This document shows positions 26,601 through 33,415 of a stretch of 33,415 nucleotides of DNA, one piece after another. Position 1 is the stretch's first letter. Each line of letters opens with the position of its first letter. The notes under the pieces are model-generated. The model searched no databases. It was given only the letters and a program-made list of their open reading frames with translations, and was not told the DNA's origin. Position numbers and translations under genes: made by a program. This DNA comes from a virus (taxonomy: Duplodnaviria > Caudoviricetes): IMG/VR virus record IMGVR_UViG_3300005077_000120, positions 1 through 33,415 of that record; one strand, given 5' to 3'.

Positions 26601-27954
26601 ATGGCTGGTGAGCATTGCCGATGGCAGCAGTGACCCCGATGTGTGCTGGAGCACATACCAGGGAGAGCCTGTGCAAGGCGTGCTCTATGACCCCGGGCAT
26701 GATGCTGCGGCACTGATATACCAGACAGGATCGACTGTGGTATCAGTGGGCGCAGATGGCACCGAGGGGAGCACATATACAGACCTGGATGGCGTGATGC
26801 CGCAGGGGGCGCCTGCAGGCGGAGGGCTGTATTATTACACGTACGGCTTCGATGATGTGTCTGGTGAGGCGAGGCTCATTGCGCTCAAGAGTGGGTACTC
26901 ACTTTTCGATGTGGTGAGCATTACCCCGGCAGATGAGGCCACAGAAGTGACCAGGGCTATACAGCCCTCAGTCACGTTCACGCAGCAGCCGAAACTTGAT
27001 ACCATCACCTCGAGTACGGTGAGCCTGAAAAAGGTATCTGACAGCTCAGAGGTAGCGTATACAATCCTCTCCTGTGCAGATAGAGTGCTGACCATCGTGC
27101 CGGAGAAAGCGCTTGCCGCATTGACTGAGTATTCCCTTACGCTCACCACCAGTATCACTGCCCTGGATGATACTGCCCTCTCTGAGGAGCATGTATATAC
27201 TTTCACCACGGGCAATGACCTGCCTGCCCTGGAGGTGGTGAGCACTACCCCGGCTGCAGATGCCGTGGATGTGGCATACACCACGGGGAGCCTATCAGCC
27301 ACGTTTGATGCAGATATTGATGAGGCCACCCTCACGGGTCAGGTGACGCTGAGTCCCTCCCTGGACTTCACCGCATCTGCATCAGGAGCAGTGCTGACCA
27401 TTACCCTCACCGGCACAGGGTTTGACTCAGGCACGGAATACACGGTAACTCTGGGCACCGGCATCCTCAGCACCGAGGCGGCAGCCATGGAGGCAGCATA
27501 CACATGGAGCTTCACCACGGCAGAGCAGAGTTTCCCGCCGTTACCTGATGATCCTGAAGAGTGGCAGTATGAGATAGGTGAGGCATACATTGAACAACCT
27601 GATGCTGCATATGCTGAGCAGGTTGATGTAGTCTTGAGGGCACCCAGGATTGAGAGCACCTCAGGAAAGCATCCCCCGAAGTGGAGGCTGCAATTCAAGG
27701 TTGATACCTACTATGAGCAGAACACAGGCACAGAGGAAGAGCCCGTATGGGAAAGGGTGCTCATTGAGTCTGTGAGCAGTGCAGATGCCCCTGCATCCTT
27801 TACCTACAGCGCAGATCAGGGAGTCACCTGGAGAGCACTCCCGGCAGATGGCCTGCCTCCTGAGCAGTATGAGAGCAAGGTGAAGTGCTCTATCAATGTG
27901 GGGAGGTATGCCTCAGTGATAATCATTCCTGCCTTTGGTGCAGAGCCAGCCTGA
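23632..27954 (+). CDS. Large (1440 aa) acidic protein: N-terminal beta-sandwich, PQQ-like propeller segments, two SbsA/Big_5-like Ig domains
   Basis: AAAGGAG RBS before ATG 23632; IYCYDLSTGAARWK and IHAYSHTGTEEW propeller motifs; VVSITPADEAT...YTFTTG and VVSTTPAADAVDV...YTWSFTTA Ig-like domains. Confidence 0.8.
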   Translation: MALSSPTFTGSGLNDLSAGGAYTGSTAAIFYVEIVSAGSPDTFRWKKDTDGTWSAALTMTTSAYTMSDGVTITFGAATGHTAGDKWEIATGGQKVFPQAYYDNRHSSTAPFPLALDGTKKFSVELAASGALAAGNDLVVHGVESGTYETIENEEIVSKIMTQERIFALVLHDNCQYTVTCIHSITGEVLWDDTEEFSTYADHDCTQYAVNMAIDNDYLCVFGLLEARTDDEIKHSPFWCVRYDMQGSRIDSASFEPFAAPEGYPVLYDMYCNTMAVVQGGKVFLQAVTQHVGSIDDALTESTQKTTPGWVDTGNTRHWSACDTAQELPGDTIANWGGGAQVEYLTPAKYTRQIAKDIAIWHDMYSIYCYDLSTGAARWKHVIPGIQTKNFYPQEVALENAADSWVSLTGGGVAAIELGEGFVIALVTKTSYDLHNNFLADRLGTGDYEEFRVYPTYDYIKHYAYFLDYSGNFLGEILLREETFESYGDVGYPAGPRYGTGYMGNDMTAIPPTADMAGHEATLYDIIVRDPFYDIGTPPGPIGYLDGEGNYVDVWLYEAVYYYEVEGENSRSITDSITTRTSWSGITLSQESGVWYAYITCTGTESTETSTYRINCATRALISEIGGSFSPQPCPTFGTLPTVYKHLTWAENVTDPENPYTLRLEPGIGNADFWIHNGATSCMFSGDVYRYLSLFTWEGTEYLWAKKYVVDTWQTAVIEIDPTDCDVENEWLNAGTVTTYLADYEKLIGDTTYRVLLSDTWKAVTWNPDDGIEALWDVPFTHSAGGFKTDNTYSYFWDATNNVVTQRRNSDGAFVATLSISDQEWTAAPAMTRTKFINVAQSGESIVVKLVDKHGGQYQNHLIKWDLGVATGQSYSREQAAFVPRDLVATDELLIMLVVDAIHAYSHTGTEEWTAEGEFVLGGVYKTGADEYIYLLINDLRTVRKYSVGGSWLDTLTLPYALSAPGGLCIYEWETGVPDEKIPVLVFAGQGWLVSIADGSSDPDVCWSTYQGEPVQGVLYDPGHDAAALIYQTGSTVVSVGADGTEGSTYTDLDGVMPQGAPAGGGLYYYTYGFDDVSGEARLIALKSGYSLFDVVSITPADEATEVTRAIQPSVTFTQQPKLDTITSSTVSLKKVSDSSEVAYTILSCADRVLTIVPEKALAALTEYSLTLTTSITALDDTALSEEHVYTFTTGNDLPALEVVSTTPAADAVDVAYTTGSLSATFDADIDEATLTGQVTLSPSLDFTASASGAVLTITLTGTGFDSGTEYTVTLGTGILSTEAAAMEAAYTWSFTTAEQSFPPLPDDPEEWQYEIGEAYIEQPDAAYAEQVDVVLRAPRIESTSGKHPPKWRLQFKVDTYYEQNTGTEEEPVWERVLIESVSSADAPASFTYSADQGVTWRALPADGLPPEQYESKVKCSINVGRYASVIIIPAFGAEPA

Positions 27955-27978
27955 GTTACAGCGGGTGTGACACTATAC

Positions 27979-28217
27979 CTTCCCATTTTCTTCCCAACGA
28001 GATGACTTTTCCTGGCTTTTTGTGTCCATTCCTGACCATGCCATGGAGCAGGGGGAAACTTCAGAAGGCTTTATACTGCGGGTTTTCCTGCTCCCTGGCA
28101 TGGCTCTATGAAACTGACCAGAGTTTCATAGATAGTGAACAGCAAGCAAGGAAAAGGATGGCTCTGTAAAGGGGTTATTTTATGACTGGAAAAATTGTGC
28201 TTCCCACTTTCTTCCCA
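27979..28217. other. Putative intact attP: arm-type direct repeats flanking a palindromic core
   Basis: CTTCCCA(T/C)TTTCTTCCCA at 27979-27996 and 28200-28217; TCTATGAAACT-GACCAG-AGTTTCATAGA at 28105-28132; adjacent to the integrase 3' end. Confidence 0.65.
28036..28103. repeat. 17-bp imperfect inverted repeat
   Basis: CCATGCCATGGAGCAGG (28036-28052) and CCTGCTCCCTGGCATGG (28087-28103), one mismatch; lies between convergent genes. Confidence 0.75.
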
Positions 28218-29238
28218 TTGGTTCTGGAATGGCTCTGCTATCAGGGCTGATCCTCAGAGTCTGTGACAGCCTTTGTATTGCAGTCTTTTTCATGTCAGGG
28301 CTGAGGTGGGCATACCTCATGGTCATTTCAATGGACTTGTGCCCCAGCAACTCTTTCACTGTCAGCAGATGCTCCCCCTGCATCACCAAGTAACTTGCAA
28401 AGGTGTGCCTCAGGTCATGGAAACGGAAGTTTCTGATGCCAGCCCGGGCGCAGGAATTATGCCATGCCCACCGGAAGTGCCCGATGCCGGGGAATATCCT
28501 TTCACTGTTCCTGGGGATGCCCTGCAGCAGTTCCTTCACTTCAGCAGCCATAGGGATATCCCGCCGGGTATGTGTCTTTGAGTTCTCCACATGGATGATA
28601 TCATTTCCGAAGTCAATATCCTGCCAACAGAGTGCCAGGATCTCCCCCTTCCTCATGCCGGTATAGAGAGCCACCACTGCAATGGGATGGATGTGCCTGG
28701 ACAGGGCGGGGAATAGCAGGGCCCGCTCTTCAGGGAGGAGATACCTGATCCTGCCCGGGGCGATCCTCAGTCTCTTGAGCTTGCCCAGGGGATTCACCGG
28801 GATGAGTTTCCACTTGACACATTGATTCAGCATTGCAGAGAGCACTGCCAGCTCCCTGTTAATGGTGCTCGCCTTCACCGCCTTGGTACGCTGCACGATG
28901 TATCTATCCACAGCAGCCTGGGATACATCCTGCAGGTAGCCGTCAATGTAGGGGATGATGTTCTTTATGCACTGGCTGTCACATACCCAGGTGTTTTCCT
29001 CACCCCTGGCCCTGACAGTCTCAAGATACTGAGCCACTGCAGCCCTGACAGTCACCTTTTCATAGGAGATAGTCTCCCCCAGCAATTTCTTTTCAACCCT
29101 TTCCCCCAGCAACTTCTGCAGCATCAACTTTGCCTTCTCATGGCTCTGTGATGCTTTTCTCTTGATCTGCTTTCCAGTGTGATCCCTGTAATTGAGATAC
29201 CACCAGTCACCCTGCTTGTATATTGCCACTGTCATCAC
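28180..29238 (-). CDS. int: Tyrosine integrase (arm-binding, SAM-like and catalytic domains)
   Basis: TGMRKGE (R), SKT (K), FHDLRHTFAS (HxxR), LLGH, TMRYAHL (Y); N-terminal WWYLNYRDHTGKQIKR. Confidence 0.96.
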   Translation of the reverse strand: MMTVAIYKQGDWWYLNYRDHTGKQIKRKASQSHEKAKLMLQKLLGERVEKKLLGETISYEKVTVRAAVAQYLETVRARGEENTWVCDSQCIKNIIPYIDGYLQDVSQAAVDRYIVQRTKAVKASTINRELAVLSAMLNQCVKWKLIPVNPLGKLKRLRIAPGRIRYLLPEERALLFPALSRHIHPIAVVALYTGMRKGEILALCWQDIDFGNDIIHVENSKTHTRRDIPMAAEVKELLQGIPRNSERIFPGIGHFRWAWHNSCARAGIRNFRFHDLRHTFASYLVMQGEHLLTVKELLGHKSIEMTMRYAHLSPDMKKTAIQRLSQTLRISPDSRAIPEPMGRKWEAQFFQS

Positions 29239-29298
29239 CTCTCAGCCCTCCCTTTATATTATACACCCTCATGAAAGATCCTGGAAAATATATTTTTG

Positions 29299-29323
29299 TT
29301 GTCAATGCTGAATGTATTGACAA
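29299..29323. promoter_or_regulatory. Palindromic operator candidate
   Basis: TTGTCAAT-N9-ATTGACAA; the right arm contains the -35 box of the early promoter. Confidence 0.55.
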
Positions 29324-29345
29324 TCTATATAGGATGGTATATAAT
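29317..29345 (+). promoter_or_regulatory. Consensus sigma70 promoter for the early operon
   Basis: TTGACA (29317-29322), 17 bp, TATAAT (29340-29345). Confidence 0.88.
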
Positions 29346-29381
29346 AAAGGGGAAGATTAAAATCTGATGCGGAGGTGTGCA

Positions 29382-29633
29382 ATGGTGCAAGTGGAAGTCA
29401 ACAAATGTGGGCTGATAAACCAGATCACCGGGTATGTCCCTCTCGGTGACTCTGATATTATCAAAGAGACAGAGAAGGCCGTCAATCTCCTATTTACCAC
29501 TGACTCATGCGGATCAACCACCTCAGTATGGTTCCCGAAGTCAGTTCTTTACATTCACGATAACGGCAGGCAAATCTTTTGCAAAAAGAGCTGGGTAACA
29601 CGCAATATGCTATGGAGGTATATAGAGCAATAG
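29382..29633 (+). CDS. Small phage hypothetical protein (ETEKA...WFPKS type)
   Basis: GGAGG RBS before ATG 29382; the ETEKAV and VWFPKS motif pair recurs in small phage proteins. Confidence 0.75.
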   Translation: MVQVEVNKCGLINQITGYVPLGDSDIIKETEKAVNLLFTTDSCGSTTSVWFPKSVLYIHDNGRQIFCKKSWVTRNMLWRYIEQ

Positions 29634-29783
29634 ACAGCAAGCAGGCCCGGTGCAAGCCCGGGCTGGGTGCATGGGAGAACAAATTTTTCTATCAAGAACG
29701 AAAGACCCTGCACATTCAGGGGCCTAGAAAAGGAAGGCCCCTATCCCTGGAGATCCAGCAGCAGGAACGAGGAAAACAAAGTC

Positions 29784-30206
29784 ATGCAGAAGATGATCAG
29801 CAGCAAATACCCTGAACGCGGATGGCATCATGACAATGAAGAAGTGATTATCAGGCGCAACGTAGATCAGGTAATCGAAACTCTGGTTCAGTTCGACCTG
29901 GATATGATGTTTGAGGGTTTCATCGCGAAGCACGTAAAGAAAACCGATGATATCATCAAAGGCAGGCCGGTCATTGTCAATGGGTATGTGAGGCCAGGGT
30001 GCCTGACTGCAGAGCTTAATTTCTCTTTCGCTGATGGCTCCCACTTCGACATGACCTGTCAGGTGATCCTAAAAACCTCTCCCCGGGGCAAACTTTTCAA
30101 CCAGTTCCCCACTACCTTTCACAATGCAGTCAGGGCTGACGGCAGCAAAGTCTCCCCGGCCAGTGAAGCGAATATGAAAGCATTGTTTTTCAAAGAGGCG
30201 GCATAA
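29784..30206 (+). CDS. Phage hypothetical protein (S..GKLFNQFPT type)
   Basis: GAGG upstream of ATG 29784; KTSPRGKLFNQFPTTFHN. Start uncertain. Confidence 0.7.
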   Translation: MQKMISSKYPERGWHHDNEEVIIRRNVDQVIETLVQFDLDMMFEGFIAKHVKKTDDIIKGRPVIVNGYVRPGCLTAELNFSFADGSHFDMTCQVILKTSPRGKLFNQFPTTFHNAVRADGSKVSPASEANMKALFFKEAA

Positions 30207-30277
30207 ATCAGCAGCTCACTCTATCAATGCAGGCCCGGTGAAAGCCCGGGCTTTTGGCGTAGGAAGGGAGTGATAAA

Positions 30278-30421
30278 ATGGAAATAAATATGCCGAAAGT
30301 GGTTCATGTCTACATTGCCCCATATATAACCATGACTTTTCTCCTCATTCTATGGGAGGCTGACCTGGCTGTATGGAGCCACAGAGGGCACCGAGAAAAG
30401 ACAGAATTTGCCCTTCAGTAA
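30278..30421 (+). CDS. 47-aa hypothetical protein (not in the ORF track)
   Basis: AAGGGAG RBS; MEINMPKVVHVYIAPYITMTFLLILWEADLAVWSHRGHREKTEFALQ; flanked by hairpin copies 2 and 3. Confidence 0.5.
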   Translation: MEINMPKVVHVYIAPYITMTFLLILWEADLAVWSHRGHREKTEFALQ

Positions 30422-30474
30422 AAACCAGGGAGGTGAGAGGCCTCCCTTCTGGCATAGGAAAGGATGGTGAAGAA

Positions 30475-30744
30475 ATGAAACCACCAAAAGGAAAATTCAC
30501 AGTTTCAACACTCAGATTAGTGGATTCAGCGGTAGTTCACCTGAGCAATACCAAGAAATCTGGAATGATGGGCATTATATACAAAGGAAAAGACATAGAA
30601 ATTATGGATGCAATCACGCTTATCCTGGCCTGGGAAGGCGTGAAGCCTGAGCAGTATAACTATTCCGATATTTTTGATTTTCTGATCAATACCTTCAGGG
30701 ATGAAAAAGAATACCGGAAATTCCACTTCGGAGGAGCCAGATGA
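30475..30744 (+). CDS. Hypothetical protein
   Basis: AAAGGA upstream of ATG 30475; stop overlaps the helicase start (ATGA). Confidence 0.65.
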   Translation: MKPPKGKFTVSTLRLVDSAVVHLSNTKKSGMMGIIYKGKDIEIMDAITLILAWEGVKPEQYNYSDIFDFLINTFRDEKEYRKFHFGGAR

Positions 30745-32783
30745 AGCTGATTCAGGCTGGAGAGAACTTCATATTCTTGTGTCAGTTTTGCGAAAAAGAG
30801 ATCCCAAAAAAGGCAGGTTTTATCTGGAAACCATCCATAGGGTGGCACACCAGTAATGCAGCCAATGCCTGCAAGCTCATTAAGTATGCTTCACCGGAGT
30901 TACTGGAATCTATTTCAGAACTGGTGGCACAGAGAGAGGCCTCCCTGGAGGCATCTAGGAAAGCATCATCAGATTTTAACCCCCCGGCCCCGGCTGGCCT
31001 CTCTTATTTGCCCTATCAGAGAGCAGGTATTGAGTTTGCCCTGAAGCGTAAAAATACCTGGCTTGCCGACGAAATGGGCCTGGGCAAGACGATCCAGGCC
31101 ATAGGGCTGATAAATGCTTGTGAGGATATCAAAAGAGCCCTCATTGTGTGCCCTGCATCGCTGAAAATAAACTGGAGGAAAGAGCTTGAAAAGTGGCTGG
31201 TGAGGCCACTATCTATTTCTATCCTGTCAGATGCAAAGCACAGCAATAAAAATGCCAATATCCTGATCGTGAATTATGATATTCTGGATAAATGGTTTGA
31301 GGATATCCAGTATGATTTTTTTGACCTGCTTATTCTGGATGAATCCCACTATATAAAATCCAGTGCTCAGATTACAATACCTCTCACGGAAGAAGAGAGA
31401 AAGCACACACGTAACAGAGTGAGATATATATACAAAGTCAACAGGGTGAGAGCCGTTTTTCAAGTGGCTCCCCTGTGCGACAGAAAAGTATTTCTCACCG
31501 GAACACCTATCACGAACAGGCCAAAAGAGGCTTTCACATCAATACAGCTCCTGTGCCCTGATGAATTTCCGAAGAGCTTCTATTCTTATGCGAAAAGGTA
31601 TTGTTCTGGCGGAAACGATGGATACGGCTTTGACGCGAATGGTGATAGCCATTTGGATGAGCTGCAGGACAAACTGAGATCAACGGTGATGATTCGGCGG
31701 CTGAAGATGGATGTTCTCACGGAATTACCACCGAAACGCCGTCAAATTATGGAGTTGCCTTCTAATGGACATGCGAAAGAGATCCAGGCAGAGAACAATG
31801 CCTTTTTTGAGTTTGAGAGCAGGAAAGAAGCCCTGCGGCTGGAGATGGAACTGGCTCAGGCTGATGAAAATGCAGAACTGTATGCTCACAAAGTGAATGA
31901 GATGAGGGTGTGCAATATGGCAGGATTTGAAGAACTGTCGAAATTGCGGCACCAGACAGCCATGGCGAAACTTCCCATGGCAAAAGACTTCATTAATGAT
32001 TTCATCAGCTCAGGTGAAAAGGTAGTTGTATTTGCTCACCATCACGATGTAACCGATGAGCTGCTAAAGATGCTGAACGCGAAGGGTGAAATAGCTGTTG
32101 CCCTGGATGGCAGAATGGCTATGGAGAGGCGGCAAAGATCGGTGGAGTTGTTTCAAAATGACCCGAAGGTGAAAGTATTTATCGGCTCAATTGCTGCGGC
32201 TGGAGTGGGAATTACTCTCACGGCGGCTTCGACCGTGATCTTCGGGGAGCTTGACTGGGTTCCTGGAAATATGTCCCAGGCAGAGGATCGCCTTCACCGC
32301 ATCGGCCAGGTATATCCGGTGAACGTGATTCACCTGGTTCTGGAAAACAGCCTGGATTGTAAGATGGCAAAGACTCTTATCGATAAACAGGATGTTATTG
32401 ACAGGGCTCTGGATAAAAACGTGAAGCCAGAGGATGATTTCGACCTGGAAGCCATGGAAGAAGGCCTTTCGATTACCCAGGAAGTCACCCCGGAAGTGAC
32501 CCCGAAAGTTAAAAAACCTGCTCCCCTGGCGCCGGTGATCCCTGAGCACGAGAGAGAAGCAATCCATCTTTCCCTGAAGGTTCTGGCCCGAATGTGTGAT
32601 CACGCATCCAGGAAGGATGATGCAGGTTTCAATGGCTTCGATGCTAAGATAGGGCATGACCTGGCAGCCAGGGCTTCCCTCTCTGAAAAACAGGCGGCTG
32701 TGGCAAAGAAGCTCCTGAAGAAATACCACCGGCAGATCCCGCCGGATCTCTATGAAATGATTTTCAGAAAGGAAGCGGCATGA
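30741..32783 (+). CDS. SNF2-family (SMARCAL1/HARP-like) helicase
   Basis: LPYQRAGI, LADEMGLGKTIQA, DESH, LTGTPITNRP, KVVVFAHH, AAGVGITLTAAS, QAEDRLHRIGQ. Confidence 0.93.
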   Translation: MKLIQAGENFIFLCQFCEKEIPKKAGFIWKPSIGWHTSNAANACKLIKYASPELLESISELVAQREASLEASRKASSDFNPPAPAGLSYLPYQRAGIEFALKRKNTWLADEMGLGKTIQAIGLINACEDIKRALIVCPASLKINWRKELEKWLVRPLSISILSDAKHSNKNANILIVNYDILDKWFEDIQYDFFDLLILDESHYIKSSAQITIPLTEEERKHTRNRVRYIYKVNRVRAVFQVAPLCDRKVFLTGTPITNRPKEAFTSIQLLCPDEFPKSFYSYAKRYCSGGNDGYGFDANGDSHLDELQDKLRSTVMIRRLKMDVLTELPPKRRQIMELPSNGHAKEIQAENNAFFEFESRKEALRLEMELAQADENAELYAHKVNEMRVCNMAGFEELSKLRHQTAMAKLPMAKDFINDFISSGEKVVVFAHHHDVTDELLKMLNAKGEIAVALDGRMAMERRQRSVELFQNDPKVKVFIGSIAAAGVGITLTAASTVIFGELDWVPGNMSQAEDRLHRIGQVYPVNVIHLVLENSLDCKMAKTLIDKQDVIDRALDKNVKPEDDFDLEAMEEGLSITQEVTPEVTPKVKKPAPLAPVIPEHEREAIHLSLKVLARMCDHASRKDDAGFNGFDAKIGHDLAARASLSEKQAAVAKKLLKKYHRQIPPDLYEMIFRKEAA

Positions 32784-33415
32784 TGAACTGCAAAAACTGT
32801 GAATTCATTGACGGATGGGGCGATGATGAGCACTGCACGTTAAAGAGGTGTGTGAAGATAGCAAGGGGGCCCTGGATTTTTGAGCACAATCTTCCCCTCA
32901 TAAAGCATTCCCTCCCCCGGGCTTTCTATGTGCAGGATTTCGACTTTCGAGATCCCATAATGCAGAAATTCCTGATGCTGCTCAAATGCCATACCTCATG
33001 CCTGTGCAGAGTCACTGAGCATCCATCCAGGATCAGAATTGAGTTCTATGACCCATGTCTGGGGCGAATCAAGGGAAAAGAGGTGAAAGAAATTCCCCCA
33101 GGAGTGATCTCCCTGGAAGAGCTGTATGAAAATTACCGGGGAAAAAATGTGCTGGGGGTGAGTTATACCCTGGATAGCCTGGAACGTTACGGCGTTCACT
33201 GGGGGCTTATCGCGGAAATCAACGAAATGGAAGCCTTTCGATCGTCCCGGACGTTATTATACATTGTCGGTGTCATTGTTATCGGGACGATTGCTTTTGT
33301 TCTCCTGCTCTCTATCATCGTGGCCAGGCGAATCGTAGAACCGATCCGCAAACTGTCCGGTTGGGCGCAGCAAGTAGCCATCGGCGATCTGGCTTATGAA
33401 CAAATCACTTCCGAA
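32780..33415 (+). CDS. Open frame running off the window: Cys-rich phage-like N-terminus joined to a Cache C-terminus, TM helix and HAMP domain
   Basis: My translation has no stop: MMNCKNCEF...ISLEELYENYRGKNVLGVSY...HWGLIAEINEMEAF...(TM)...ARRIVEPIRKLSGWAQQVAIGDL. Confidence 0.7.
   Translation, partial: MMNCKNCEFIDGWGDDEHCTLKRCVKIARGPWIFEHNLPLIKHSLPRAFYVQDFDFRDPIMQKFLMLLKCHTSCLCRVTEHPSRIRIEFYDPCLGRIKGKEVKEIPPGVISLEELYENYRGKNVLGVSYTLDSLERYGVHWGLIAEINEMEAFRSSRTLLYIVGVIVIGTIAFVLLLSIIVARRIVEPIRKLSGWAQQVAIGDLAYEQITSE

Larger units (their letters stand above)
29641..30447 (+). repeat. Three dispersed intergenic hairpins with loop TG(C/A)(A/G)AG(C/G)
   Basis: 29641-29664 and 30229-30252 share 23 of 24 nt; a third copy at 30427-30447 has a different, still paired stem. 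Confidence 0.75.
1..33120. mobile_element. Temperate tailed phage (siphovirus-like, HK97-type head), partial genome
   Basis: Canonical gene order terminase-portal-protease-capsid-connectors-tail tube-chaperones-tape measure-tail tip-lysis-integrase-early genes. No tail sheath gene seen. The right boundary is approximate. Confidence 0.95.

Noticed and set aside
512-27698. Many minus-strand and alternate-frame ORFs in the track (e.g. 4875-5531, 17659-18243, 24388-25185)
   Set aside because: They overlap well-supported + strand genes and show no recognisable motifs; treated as shadow ORFs.
19752-27954. Possible diversity-generating retroelement or invertible fibre cassette
   Set aside because: No reverse transcriptase, invertase or template/variable repeat pair was visible by eye; a self dot-plot would be needed to exclude it fully.
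27885-28169. 94-aa ORF across the att region
   Set aside because: It overlaps the end of the large gene and the repeat-rich att sequence, with no RBS or motif.
28273-29151. Plus-strand ORFs opposite the integrase
   Set aside because: Antisense shadows of int with no independent support.
29641-30447. Early-region repeats as a CRISPR array or tRNA fragments
   Set aside because: Spacing is irregular and gene-sized, there are no cas genes, and no cloverleaf can be formed.
30192-32783. Two early proteins ending in KEAA (possible ClpXP degron)
   Set aside because: More simply explained by the common AAGGAGGCGGCATGA-type RBS/stop overlap; too weak to report.

Overview
Almost the whole window (1 to about 33,120) is a temperate, long-tailed HK97-fold phage. 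The + strand carries TerS (partial), a GpA-type TerL, a portal fused to a Mu-gpF-like domain, prohead protease, major capsid protein, head-tail joining genes, a tail tube fused to a BNR/YCF48-like propeller, a lipoprotein moron, a tail chaperone pair, tape measure, tail-tip and fibre genes, two signal-peptide proteins, a holin/amidase lysis cassette and a 1440-aa propeller/Ig-like protein. A convergent tyrosine integrase follows on the - strand, next to what looks like an intact attP, and then a divergent early operon ending in a SNF2 helicase. The last ~290 bp switch in frame to bacterial Cache-TM-HAMP sensor sequence. The most notable signals are two families of covarying RNA hairpins with conserved loops (late and early), a likely +1 frameshift at UUU_CGU in the tail chaperone, an 11-6-11 palindrome flanked by arm-type repeats, an A9 run at the portal/gpF boundary, and strong CpG depletion with CpG-normal islands. 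All calls were made by eye; no database searches were run. I found no tRNA, CRISPR array or reverse transcriptase.
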